Shown: in pieces, positions 47,732-56,311 of the stretch | Layout: each line of letters begins with the position of its first letter | Position numbering within the stretch: position 1 is the stretch's first letter | Origin: an uncultured Alphaproteobacteria bacterium | GTDB lineage: Bacteria; Pseudomonadota; Alphaproteobacteria; RF32; CAG-239 | Assembly: GCA_934277545.1 (NCBI GenBank) | Contig: CAKQUG010000002.1 | Span: forward strand, 129,024 to 193,023 | Reading direction: 5' to 3' | Length of the DNA stretch: 64,000 nt | Notes under the pieces: model-generated | Databases searched by the model: none | Told to the model about the DNA's origin: nothing | What the model saw: the letters and a program-made list of their open reading frames with translations, nothing else | Translations under genes and position numbers: made by a program

Positions 47732-49471
47732 ATGGAAAAACAAGATAACAACAAGCTGTATAAAGAGTGGCTTGCCAAAATCCGCTCATCGGAAAAAGCC
47801 TATGAGGATTATTATGAATTGGTTGAGGAAATTCGCAAATATTACCGCAACGAACGAAAACGCAACAAACAAAGCATTTTTTGGTCGTCGGTGGAAACTT
47901 TAAAACCATTTTTATATTTCAAACAGCCGCAGCCTTTTATTATTCGCAGCAACAAAAAGTCAGACGCTGTTGAAAACACCGCTTGCCGAATTTTGGAAAA
48001 GGCGCTGGAATGGGATATGAAACAGTTTGATTTTGACAGTGTCGTCAAATATGCCCGCAATGATTTTTTGCTTTCCGGCATGGGAATTTTGTGGGAGCAA
48101 TATCACTCTAGTTTCAAATATATCGGCAATGTTACTTTAAAAGACAAAGAGCAGGTTACCACTCAATATGTTAATCCGATGTCATTTTTGGCAGATGTCG
48201 ATAAAGTTAATGTTTGGGAAGATGTGGAATGGATTGCCCGCAAAACGTTTATGAACGTTAATGAAATTTATTGTAATTTCGGCGAAGAATTGGCTGATTA
48301 TTTTTGGCAGCATAATTTTACCGATAAAAGTATTTCCGTTTATGAAATTTGGGATAAAAAAACACGCAAAATTTATTATCTGAGCCCAGAATTGCCTGAT
48401 ACTTTTTTACAAATTAACGAAGATACCCTGCATTTGAGCGGATTTTTTCCGTGTCCGAAACCGATTATGGCGACTTTAACCAACGACGGTATTGTTCCGG
48501 TTCCCGATTATGTGGAAATAAAGAGCCTGCTTGATGAACTGGACGGAGTTAACAGCCGCATGCGCTTGACCATGCAGGCGCTGAAAGTTTCAGGCTGTTA
48601 CGACAGTTCTTTTCCGGAACTGGCAAACATTTTGGATAAGGATGTAACGCTGATTGCCTTAAATGATTTTGACAAACTCAAAGACGCCGGCGGCATTAAC
48701 GGAATTATCGATTTTGCACCGATTGAACAATATGTCAACACCTTGCAGGTTTTGGCGGAACGCCGCAAAATTTTGATTGATTCCATTTATGAAGTAACCG
48801 GCGTCAGCGATATTATGCGCGGTGCTTCAAATTCGCAGGACACGGCAACGGCAGTGGTTAAAAAGACCAATTTCGGCACGTTGCGCAATCAAGACCGTCA
48901 AAATGACATGCAGCGTTTTTTGAAAGATTTGCTGCACATTAAAGCCGAGATTATCTGTGAACAATTTTCGCCGGATACTTTGGCGGCTTTTGTGGCGGAT
49001 GAGACGGCGCAAACCCCGGATGTTGTTGCGCATGCTGTCGATTTACTGAAAACTCAAAAACTCCGCGGTATGGTTATTGAACTGGTAACCGACGGCAGTT
49101 TTGATATTGATAAACAGGAAGAAAATGTTTTGCAGGTGCTGGAGCATATTCATGAAATGGTCAGCCAGGCGTTCGGCCTTGTTTCGCAGCAGCCTGCGCT
49201 TTTGCCTTTGTATCGGCAAATGATTGAAGCGGCGGCGGCGACGCTTTCTAATGCCAGACAGTTTGAAAATGTGCTGGAACATGTTTTTGATAAAATCAGC
49301 GCTGAACTGAACGCGCCCGACCCTCAGGTTCAGCAGGCGGAAGACAAGATGGTAGCCTTGCAATCGCAAAAAATACAGCAGGATTTTGCCATTAAACAGG
49401 AACAAAATCAAATCAAGCGCGAAGAGCTGGATTTGAAGAAAATTACTGAATTGAACAAAATTTCAAAATAA
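47732..49471 (+). CDS. Putative phage portal (head-tail connector) protein
   Basis: 579 aa. Its size and position at the head of the morphogenesis block, and its acidic helical C-terminal region, are typical of podovirus portals. There is no definitive motif. Confidence 0.45.
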   Translation: MEKQDNNKLYKEWLAKIRSSEKAYEDYYELVEEIRKYYRNERKRNKQSIFWSSVETLKPFLYFKQPQPFIIRSNKKSDAVENTACRILEKALEWDMKQFDFDSVVKYARNDFLLSGMGILWEQYHSSFKYIGNVTLKDKEQVTTQYVNPMSFLADVDKVNVWEDVEWIARKTFMNVNEIYCNFGEELADYFWQHNFTDKSISVYEIWDKKTRKIYYLSPELPDTFLQINEDTLHLSGFFPCPKPIMATLTNDGIVPVPDYVEIKSLLDELDGVNSRMRLTMQALKVSGCYDSSFPELANILDKDVTLIALNDFDKLKDAGGINGIIDFAPIEQYVNTLQVLAERRKILIDSIYEVTGVSDIMRGASNSQDTATAVVKKTNFGTLRNQDRQNDMQRFLKDLLHIKAEIICEQFSPDTLAAFVADETAQTPDVVAHAVDLLKTQKLRGMVIELVTDGSFDIDKQEENVLQVLEHIHEMVSQAFGLVSQQPALLPLYRQMIEAAAATLSNARQFENVLEHVFDKISAELNAPDPQVQQAEDKMVALQSQKIQQDFAIKQEQNQIKREELDLKKITELNKISK

Positions 49472-49483
49472 AGGAGAATATAA

Positions 49484-50251
49484 ATGCCATACGACAGTAA
49501 CGGATTGTTTACCAGAATGCACAACTGGGAAGACGATAGAAAAAATGAAATAGACATTGTGTCTGACCGGCACGATGAAGAAGACGATAATTTTGCCGAC
49601 GGCTTGAGCGAGTGTTTGTTAAAAGACGGAAGGGCACCGATGAAAGGCGAGCTGAAAATGGGCGGTTTCCAAATCAGAAACCTGGCTAAAGGTACTTCAG
49701 AAAAAGACGCCGTAAATAAAGAACAGCTGGAGGAAACGAAAAAATTGCTTACCGAAGTGATGAATAAAGTTTTTTGTGTGGGCGATATTAAAGCGTCGGT
49801 GCAAACCGCTGACCACGATAATTGGCTTTTATGCAACGGGCATGAAGTAAGCCGCACGGCTTATTCCGAATTATTTGCTTTAATCGGCACTGGTTTTGGT
49901 GCCGGAGACGGCTTAAACACCTTTAATCTGCCGGATTATCGCGGTAAATTTTTGCGTGGTTTGGGCGGAGATTCGGCGCCAAATTTGCAAACAACTCAAG
50001 ATGAAGGCTTGCCGAACATTACCGGTCAGTCTCAGGCGCAGGACGGCTATTTATACGGCACTCCGCCGACAACAGGCGCTATCCGCATGGTTAATCCGCG
50101 TACCGGAAACACTCGTTCCGGCGACGGCGGCGGCGCTTATTATTTTACGTTTGATGCCAGTTTATCAAATTCAATTTACGGTGCCAGCAACCATGTAACG
50201 CCGATAAATCAGGCGGTAAACTATTTTATTAAGGCCAAAAAGGAGGAATAG
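49484..50251 (+). CDS. Phage tail fibre/collar protein with C-terminal Phage_Tail_Collar domain
   Basis: WLLCNGHEVSRTAYSELFALIGTGFGAGDGLNTFNLPDYRGKFLRG matches the tail-collar (PF07484) signature. AGGAGA RBS. Confidence 0.65.
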   Translation: MPYDSNGLFTRMHNWEDDRKNEIDIVSDRHDEEDDNFADGLSECLLKDGRAPMKGELKMGGFQIRNLAKGTSEKDAVNKEQLEETKKLLTEVMNKVFCVGDIKASVQTADHDNWLLCNGHEVSRTAYSELFALIGTGFGAGDGLNTFNLPDYRGKFLRGLGGDSAPNLQTTQDEGLPNITGQSQAQDGYLYGTPPTTGAIRMVNPRTGNTRSGDGGGAYYFTFDASLSNSIYGASNHVTPINQAVNYFIKAKKEE

Positions 50252-50254
50252 GCG

Positions 50255-50614
50255 ATGACTGGAAGAATTTTGCCCGGCGCAGATATTATTGAAGTGCGTC
50301 AGGGCGACAGCTTTAATATAAAATTGCGATTTAAGGCAAAAAATAAAGCATTGGATTTATCTGCTTTAAAAGTAATTATGCAGGTGCGCAAAAACGAAAA
50401 CGATTCTTTGGTTTTTGAAAAAGAGGCCGAAGCGGTTGAGGCGGCTCAGGGAATATATTTGCTGCGTTTGACTCCCGCTGAAACTTCGGCGCCGGCCGGC
50501 AATTATAAAACGGACATTCAGGTAATGTTTGCTAACGGCGAAGTAAACACGATTTTTCCGCAGAGCGTGGCAAAAATCGGAGTGTTTCGTTTAACTCCGC
50601 AAGTAACCAAGTGA
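50255..50614 (+). CDS. Hypothetical phage structural protein (119 aa)
   Basis: Tightly packed between fibre genes. No motif recognised. Confidence 0.4.
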   Translation: MTGRILPGADIIEVRQGDSFNIKLRFKAKNKALDLSALKVIMQVRKNENDSLVFEKEAEAVEAAQGIYLLRLTPAETSAPAGNYKTDIQVMFANGEVNTIFPQSVAKIGVFRLTPQVTK

Positions 50615-50621
50615 GGGACCC

Positions 50622-51590
50622 ATGCAGGAAAATATTATGGCGGTTAACGTTGCCGACGCGCAGACGATTGATGTGTATTGGCAGGATGAAGTTGTTTTTG
50701 ATTTGGATGTGCAGCTGATGTGGATAAAATCCGGTCAGCAGGAGATTAGCAAATATGTCTCTGAAGTCTCGCTGCCGAAAATAGAAGAGTTTGCCGCTCA
50801 AAAAATGACTGATTATGTAGTCAGAGCTGAAAATGCGGCGGTTTCGGCCGAAGATGCAATGATTGAGGCTCAAAAACAGGCCAAAAACACGGCTTTGAAC
50901 CGTGAAATGGCGGAAAACAGCGCTGCAGCGGCGTCGGAAAGCGTAAATAAGGTAACTGCCGAAGCTCAGCAGGCCTTGCAGGAAATGTCCAATTACGCTG
51001 ATACGGTAAAAACTGAAATAAACACGTCGGCAGAAAACGCGAAAACATCTGTTACAAATACTGCGGATAAAGCGGCAGCCGAGGCCGGGAAAAATATAAA
51101 TGACTATGTAGAACAAACGGTAAAACCGGAAATGCAGTCTTATACCGATAAAGCAGAAAATGCCGCGTCTTCGGCTGCTGCAAGTGCAGCGTCGGCAAAG
51201 GAAAACGCGGCGGCAGCGGCGGACAGTATGCAAAACAAAGCCGATACCGACGCTGCTGATTTTTCGGCAGCCGGAAAAAGTTTGCTGTCCGGTTTAAGCC
51301 TGCCGGGCGGCAAATTGGTTGATTTGACTTTTTCACACGGTCAGAACTATACGGCACCGGCAAACGGATATTTTGCTTTGCAGGGATATATGAGTAATCC
51401 GACTTTCAGTAGCGTTATCGGTTTGTATAACGAGACCGGAAAATTCGGCATGAGTGTTCAAACTCCGGGAGCAGAAGTTTCAAAACGAGATGTTTTTATT
51501 CCGGTTTCAAGAGGCGATGTCGTCCAGGCTTACGGCTATAAAGCGACTGTAACGTATCTTAAATTTATTTATGCGCGGGGAGAAGTGTAA
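50622..51590 (+). CDS. Phage tail fibre protein with Ala/Ser/Asn-rich coiled-coil shaft
   Basis: Repeated AENAA(V/S)SA..., AENSAAAASESV and AENAASSAAASAASAKENAAAAADS heptad-like segments resembling the T7 gp17 / lambda Stf shaft. C-terminal globular tip. Confidence 0.5.
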   Translation: MQENIMAVNVADAQTIDVYWQDEVVFDLDVQLMWIKSGQQEISKYVSEVSLPKIEEFAAQKMTDYVVRAENAAVSAEDAMIEAQKQAKNTALNREMAENSAAAASESVNKVTAEAQQALQEMSNYADTVKTEINTSAENAKTSVTNTADKAAAEAGKNINDYVEQTVKPEMQSYTDKAENAASSAAASAASAKENAAAAADSMQNKADTDAADFSAAGKSLLSGLSLPGGKLVDLTFSHGQNYTAPANGYFALQGYMSNPTFSSVIGLYNETGKFGMSVQTPGAEVSKRDVFIPVSRGDVVQAYGYKATVTYLKFIYARGEV

Positions 51591-51968
51591 ATGTTTATCG
51601 CATTAAAAGACAATAAAATAATAGCATATAATAAAACAGGGGAATTTCCTTGTTTGGTTTGTGATGAAATTAAAGAAACAGAAAATATGGATTTGCTGAA
51701 TGTCGGCGAAGAGTTTTTACCAAAGACGGATGAACGCGCCGTTGCAAAAATTAAAGAGGATATTCGGGCGGTGCGTAACTTTTATTTGCGTGAGACCGAT
51801 AAATATATGATTGCAGATTATCCGCTGACCGAAGCAGAGCGGCAGAGCATTAAAGCGTATCGGAAGTATCTGCGGGATTATACTTTAGCCGAAAATTGGT
51901 GGCAAACCGAACCGCTAGGCTTTGGAGAATGGACCAATGTGGTAACAAATAATAAGTTAAACGGATAA
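51591..51968 (+). CDS. Tail fibre assembly protein-like (Tfa/Caudo_TAP-like C-terminus)
   Basis: C-terminal IKAYRKYLRDYTLAENWWQTEP resembles the conserved Tfa end (WKKYRVLLNRVD..AP.IEWP). It lies immediately downstream of a fibre gene, and its start overlaps the fibre gene's stop codon. Confidence 0.45.
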   Translation: MFIALKDNKIIAYNKTGEFPCLVCDEIKETENMDLLNVGEEFLPKTDERAVAKIKEDIRAVRNFYLRETDKYMIADYPLTEAERQSIKAYRKYLRDYTLAENWWQTEPLGFGEWTNVVTNNKLNG

Positions 51969-52037
51969 AGCCGGTTGCAACTTCAAGGACAACAAGTGAG
52001 ATTAAAATATGTTTTTTTATAATATTTAAGAGGTTCT

Positions 52038-52331
52038 ATGATTGATGATTTAAAAACAATCGTGCTGTTTGTGCTGATGGCGATTGCGTCGGCCTACGTG
52101 CACTACAAAGGCTTTTTTCAAGCCACTCTGGACGCCGTGCTGGCGTTTTGCATGGGTTACATAATGTATTTACTTTTAGATTATGCCGCACTTTCGGGAG
52201 CAACGAGAAGCGGCATTTCTTGTGTGGTGATTTTATTCAGCCGTTCTCTATATGAGTGGGGAAACGAATTTATCAAAACTAAATTATCGGCTTTAATAGC
52301 CGGAAAGGCGGGAAAAAATGACAGAGAATGA
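52038..52331 (+). CDS. Holin (two predicted TM helices, charged C-terminus)
   Basis: 97 aa with two hydrophobic helices and a KAGKNDRE tail. Its 3' end overlaps the endolysin start by 14 nt. Confidence 0.55.
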   Translation: MIDDLKTIVLFVLMAIASAYVHYKGFFQATLDAVLAFCMGYIMYLLLDYAALSGATRSGISCVVILFSRSLYEWGNEFIKTKLSALIAGKAGKNDRE

Positions 52332-52749
52332 TTTGCAGATTTTGGCACGCACTTTGTTTGGAGAAGCACGAGGCGAGGGCGATGAAGGATTGGAGGCTGT
52401 GGCATGTGTGATTATGAACCGATTTAAGGCAAACAAATGGTATACCGGTTATGAAATACACAACGGTAAAAAAGTTCCGAGCGTGGCGCAGACTTGTTTG
52501 AAAAAAGCGCAGTTCAGTTGCTGGAATAAAAATGACCCTAATTATAAGCAGTTGAATCAAAAAACAATTATTGCTTACGGATTTCAAAAATGCCTGCAAG
52601 CGGCGCAAAAAGCCTTGTCAGGAAATTTGCAAGATTTTACCAACGGTGCGCTGTTTTATCATACCAAACAGATAAAACCTAAGTGGGCAGTCGGCAAAAC
52701 TCCGTGTTATGTTGCCGGCAACCATCTGTTTTATAACGACATTGAATAG
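52318..52749 (+). CDS. Cell-wall hydrolase, SleB/Hydrolase_2 family (endolysin)
   Basis: ARTLFGEARGEG...AVACVIMNR...ALFYH motifs match PF07486. Confidence 0.7.
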   Translation: MTENDLQILARTLFGEARGEGDEGLEAVACVIMNRFKANKWYTGYEIHNGKKVPSVAQTCLKKAQFSCWNKNDPNYKQLNQKTIIAYGFQKCLQAAQKALSGNLQDFTNGALFYHTKQIKPKWAVGKTPCYVAGNHLFYNDIE

Positions 52750-52758
52750 GGAGGATCA

Positions 52759-53034
52759 ATGGCTAAGAAAAAATTGAAAGCGTATTCTTTCAGTGAAAGC
52801 CTGGAAATGCTGAATCGTCTGCAGCAAATGGCTGTTGATGAAGGTAATATCAATTTGGCTTTGAAAGCAGAAGAGTTGAAATGTAAAATTGCCGCTATGC
52901 AGACGGATAAAGAAAGTTCGCAATCGGCGGAAAATTTAACAAAAATATTGGTGGATTTTATAAATGACAAACAAAATGATTGCAAAAATACCGAAAATTT
53001 TTGCGCCTCTGATGAAGCTGAAACGCCGCTATAA
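52759..53034 (+). CDS. Hypothetical protein, possible terminase small subunit
   Basis: 91-aa helical protein immediately upstream of, and overlapping, the large terminase. The assignment is positional only. Confidence 0.3.
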   Translation: MAKKKLKAYSFSESLEMLNRLQQMAVDEGNINLALKAEELKCKIAAMQTDKESSQSAENLTKILVDFINDKQNDCKNTENFCASDEAETPL

Positions 53035-54289
53035 ACTTTATTACGGCGGACGGGCCGGCGGAAAATCGTATGCTTTTGCCGACAGCCTGCTGTTTTTGGG
53101 GCGGATGAAAAAACTTCGGATTGCCTGTATGCGCGAGGTGCAGGACAGTATTAAAGATTCTGTTTACAAACTCTTAAGCGATAGGATTAGTTTTTATGGC
53201 TTAACTGATTATAAAATCAGCGAAACTAAGATTGTAAACCGGCTGAGCGGTACGGCTTTTATATTTAAAGGCTTGCGCGAGCAAGATTCAAACAATATCA
53301 AGTCTTTGGAAGGCATAGATATTGTATGGCTGGAAGAAGCGCAGAAAATCAGCAAAAAAAGCTGGGATATTTTAGACCCGACAATTCGTAAAGCCGGTTC
53401 GGAAATTTGGATTTCTATGAACAGAGAAGAAGAAAACGACCCGGTTTGGCTGGCTGTCGGCGCAAAACCTGACGAGCGGACTTTGGTTGTTAAGGTCAAC
53501 TATACCGATAATCCGTTTTGTCCGGAAGAAATGCGTTATCTGGCGCAAAAATGTCAAAAGGAAAATCCCGAAGACTATAATCATATTTGGCTTGGTGCTC
53601 CGGTTTCTGTTGGCAGTTATAAACTTATTGCGCCGAAGTTGGTGCGTCAGGCTTTTGAAACCAAACTTGAAAATCCGTCATCGCCGCTGATTATCGGGCT
53701 GGACGTGGCGCGTTTCGGCGATGATAAAAGCGTGTTTTGCTTTCGACGCGGGCGAGTGTGTTTGTTTTTTGAAAGCTATGCCCGTTTGGATAATGTGGAA
53801 GTGGCAAATCGAGCCACTTTTTTTATCCGCCAATATAAACCGGCGCGGGTGTTTGTTGATGCCGGCGGCGTGGGCGGCGGTGTGGTGGATATTTTGAACG
53901 ACCGCGGTTTTAAGCGGATAGTGCGGCCGATTATGTTCGGAGCCAAGGCGTTGGCTGACGACCGCTATCATAACCGCCGCGCTGAAATGTGGGACGAACT
54001 GCGGATATGGCTGAGCGGAGAGCAAAAGGTTGAACTGCCGAATGATGAAAATTTGGCAAACGAACTTTGTGCCGTTAACAAAAAATATGACAGCCGAGGG
54101 CGCTTGCAGCTGGAGGAAAAAGAAGAAATTAAAAAACGGTTGGGCAAGTCGCCGGATATGGCGGACGCATTGGCGCTGACTTTTGCCGAGCCGGTTTTTG
54201 AACGGCCGGACACAGAGTGCGGACGTCTGCCGGGCGACAGCATAGAAAGTATGTTTCGCGCCAATAAATCCACCGATGATAAATGGTAA
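52964..54289 (+). CDS. Phage terminase large subunit (PBSX/XtmB-like)
   Basis: Walker A YGGRAGGKS near the N-terminus, and a C-terminal RNaseH-like nuclease region with acidic residues (IGLDVARFGDD, VDAGG). An alternative start is ATG 53012. Confidence 0.8.
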   Translation: MTNKMIAKIPKIFAPLMKLKRRYKLYYGGRAGGKSYAFADSLLFLGRMKKLRIACMREVQDSIKDSVYKLLSDRISFYGLTDYKISETKIVNRLSGTAFIFKGLREQDSNNIKSLEGIDIVWLEEAQKISKKSWDILDPTIRKAGSEIWISMNREEENDPVWLAVGAKPDERTLVVKVNYTDNPFCPEEMRYLAQKCQKENPEDYNHIWLGAPVSVGSYKLIAPKLVRQAFETKLENPSSPLIIGLDVARFGDDKSVFCFRRGRVCLFFESYARLDNVEVANRATFFIRQYKPARVFVDAGGVGGGVVDILNDRGFKRIVRPIMFGAKALADDRYHNRRAEMWDELRIWLSGEQKVELPNDENLANELCAVNKKYDSRGRLQLEEKEEIKKRLGKSPDMADALALTFAEPVFERPDTECGRLPGDSIESMFRANKSTDDKW

Positions 54290-54318
54290 TTTAATTAAAA
54301 GAAAAAGGAGAAAATAAA

Positions 54319-54987
54319 ATGACTTATAGACCAAGAATGGTACGTGAAAACGAGGCTTACGGCTGGTTGCCAGAAGATGAAGCCTATGGCAGAGTTTCTA
54401 ATGTTTCTACACAGCAGGAACAGGAAGATGAAAACGCTTACAGCGACAATGAACTTGCTCCGGAAAGAAGTTTTGAAGAACAAAAACTATTTGAAAGAGT
54501 GCAAAATGATCCAGATTGGTGGAGTAAAAATTCAGGTTTAAGAGCAAGTTTTGATGGTTATAATTTTTTTGTTAAAAATAATGGAGAATTAATAGGAGAA
54601 TATCCGGCGATTTCAGGAAGAGATGAATATCAAACAAAAGAAGCGACTATTTTTCAAGATAGAGGTCCTATTCCCGAAGGTTCATACACATTAAATTATA
54701 ATGATTATGAAATGTATGATGAAAATAAAGCTAAAGAAGGTGGGCGTTTTAGTTGGATGAATAAACCGGATAGTTGGGGAAGTGAACGTTTAGCTATTAC
54801 AGCAGATAAAAATACCAATACTTATGGAAGAGGTGGATTTTATGTTCATGGTGGTAGTACACCAGGTTCTAATGGTTGTATAGATTTAACAACTTATATG
54901 CCTGACTTTGGTAAGATTGTTAGAGAATATCAAGAAGATATTCCCCTTATTGTTAAATATCGAGATGATTTTGGTGAAAAAAAATAA
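54319..54987 (+). CDS. Tlde1/DUF2778-like (YkuD L,D-transpeptidase-fold) domain protein, candidate peptidoglycan-targeting effector
   Basis: C-terminal GGFYVHGGSTPGSNGCIDL contains the His ... S-x-G-C-I catalytic signature of L,D-transpeptidase-like enzymes. GC falls from about 45% to about 30% from about 54480 onward. Confidence 0.4.
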   Translation: MTYRPRMVRENEAYGWLPEDEAYGRVSNVSTQQEQEDENAYSDNELAPERSFEEQKLFERVQNDPDWWSKNSGLRASFDGYNFFVKNNGELIGEYPAISGRDEYQTKEATIFQDRGPIPEGSYTLNYNDYEMYDENKAKEGGRFSWMNKPDSWGSERLAITADKNTNTYGRGGFYVHGGSTPGSNGCIDLTTYMPDFGKIVREYQEDIPLIVKYRDDFGEKK

Positions 54988-55015
54988 AAGAATAGCTTGC
55001 ATTTAAGATATATTT

Positions 55016-55417
55016 ATGTATTATATTGGTGTAAATACAATTATATGGTGTGTAATGAGTGATAAGTTAAAAAGTATGATAAAAGAAAATCCAGAATTGA
55101 TAATGATATTTTTTATAATCTTAATATCATTTATAACAAGTATTTTTTGTTTTCGAGATTATGTATATCGTCAACGAGATATGAGTTTGCATATATGGAA
55201 TTTAACTTTGCATTGGCGTACTATATCAATTATAATACATAACATAGTATATATAATGTTGGCAGTTTCATTTTTCTTTGTGCCGCACAGAATTAAATTT
55301 ATGTATATAGGATTTATTGTTGGATATTTTTTATTTTGTTCAAATCATAATTGTTTTATGGCTATAAATTCCAAAAATGAAGTTTTATGGACTTTAGGGA
55401 GCGTTTGGTTAAAATGA
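55016..55417 (+). CDS. Polytopic membrane protein (low-GC moron)
   Basis: 133 aa, at least 3 hydrophobic helices, GC about 28%. Confidence 0.45.
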   Translation: MYYIGVNTIIWCVMSDKLKSMIKENPELIMIFFIILISFITSIFCFRDYVYRQRDMSLHIWNLTLHWRTISIIIHNIVYIMLAVSFFFVPHRIKFMYIGFIVGYFLFCSNHNCFMAINSKNEVLWTLGSVWLK

Positions 55418-55767
55418 TTCTACAAACATGGGATTATAAAGTTGTCAAACTCTTATTTATAGGCTTTTTAACTATATCAGTTGTTTTAGTTGTCGAGGGT
55501 TTACTGCATTATTTTCTTGCACCGGATACGCCAAAGACAAATGAAATTTTAGCTGCAATATTTATGCACTTAATTCCTTGTCTGTATATTCCATTGATAG
55601 GTTTGTGGTGTTTGCCGCGTCATTTGAATATGGGATATTTTTTGTGCGGAGTAGATGTTGTATATTTAATATTTCAACTACATTGTTTACTGTATCGCTA
55701 TCTATGGCCGGATTATGGTGATTGGTGGATTTGGAAATATACTATAGGTAAGTTATTTAAGGAATAA
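55387..55767 (+). CDS. Polytopic membrane protein (low-GC moron)
   Basis: 126 aa, 3-4 hydrophobic helices. It overlaps the preceding ORF by 31 nt. GC about 28%. Confidence 0.45.
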   Translation: MDFRERLVKMILQTWDYKVVKLLFIGFLTISVVLVVEGLLHYFLAPDTPKTNEILAAIFMHLIPCLYIPLIGLWCLPRHLNMGYFLCGVDVVYLIFQLHCLLYRYLWPDYGDWWIWKYTIGKLFKE

Positions 55768-55773
55768 AAATAT

Positions 55774-55998
55774 ATGAAACGGGTATTTTATTTTGCAGCA
55801 GCATTTATCGTTTTGGCGGTTATCGGTTTTGTCGGATATTTGTTTTTTGATAAACAAGCCTATTGCTTGGATATTGGAAAAATCTATGATTCGGTGCAAA
55901 AAATCTGCCGTGATGACTGCTTGAGTTGGAACGATCAAACCGGCTGCGTGCCGATAACAGATGAAAACCGGCAGAAAAAAGCCGCCGGAAAACTGTAG
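55774..55998 (+). CDS. Small signal-anchored Cys-rich protein (4 Cys), candidate periplasmic immunity/accessory protein
   Basis: 74 aa with an N-terminal TM/signal anchor and four Cys (CLD...CRDDC...GC). Confidence 0.4.
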   Translation: MKRVFYFAAAFIVLAVIGFVGYLFFDKQAYCLDIGKIYDSVQKICRDDCLSWNDQTGCVPITDENRQKKAAGKL

Positions 55999-56013
55999 AA
56001 AATAATCATTGGC

Positions 56014-56049
56014 TTTATGGAACAAACGCTTTGTTTAACTGAAAACAAG
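56014..56049 (+). terminator. Rho-independent terminator closing the moron cassette
   Basis: 13-bp stem AAACGCTTTGTTT / AAACAAGGCGTTT (one mismatch), loop AACTGA, then TTTT. Confidence 0.55.
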
Positions 56050-56080
56050 GCGTTTTTTTATACCCGAAATTTGGAGAAAG

Positions 56081-56311
56081 ATGATGACCTACATCAGCAG
56101 GCAATTCGCGGAAGAGGTGCTTCTTCCGGACGGATCTGTCGCGTCTTCTGTCGCGGACGTTGACAAGTATTTACGCGCCACGGGCTTAGCTCTGGCCGGC
56201 GACTATTCAGCCGAATATTATCAAAATATTCGCAATCAACAAGAAAGAGAACGGCAGCAATCTTTGTTTGCCGATTTTCTTTATAACTACAAAAGGATGA
56301 TATGGAAATGA
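56081..56311 (+). CDS. Hypothetical phage protein (76 aa)
   Basis: ORF with a GGAGAAAG RBS. Its 3' end overlaps the next gene. Confidence 0.35.
   Translation: MMTYISRQFAEEVLLPDGSVASSVADVDKYLRATGLALAGDYSAEYYQNIRNQQERERQQSLFADFLYNYKRMIWK

Noticed and set aside
52964-53034. Treating the 70-nt overlap between the 91-aa ORF and the terminase as a programmed frameshift
   Set aside because: An in-frame ATG at 53012 gives a normal terminase N-terminus with only a 23-nt overlap. There is no slippery heptamer, so simple overlap or an alternative start is more parsimonious.
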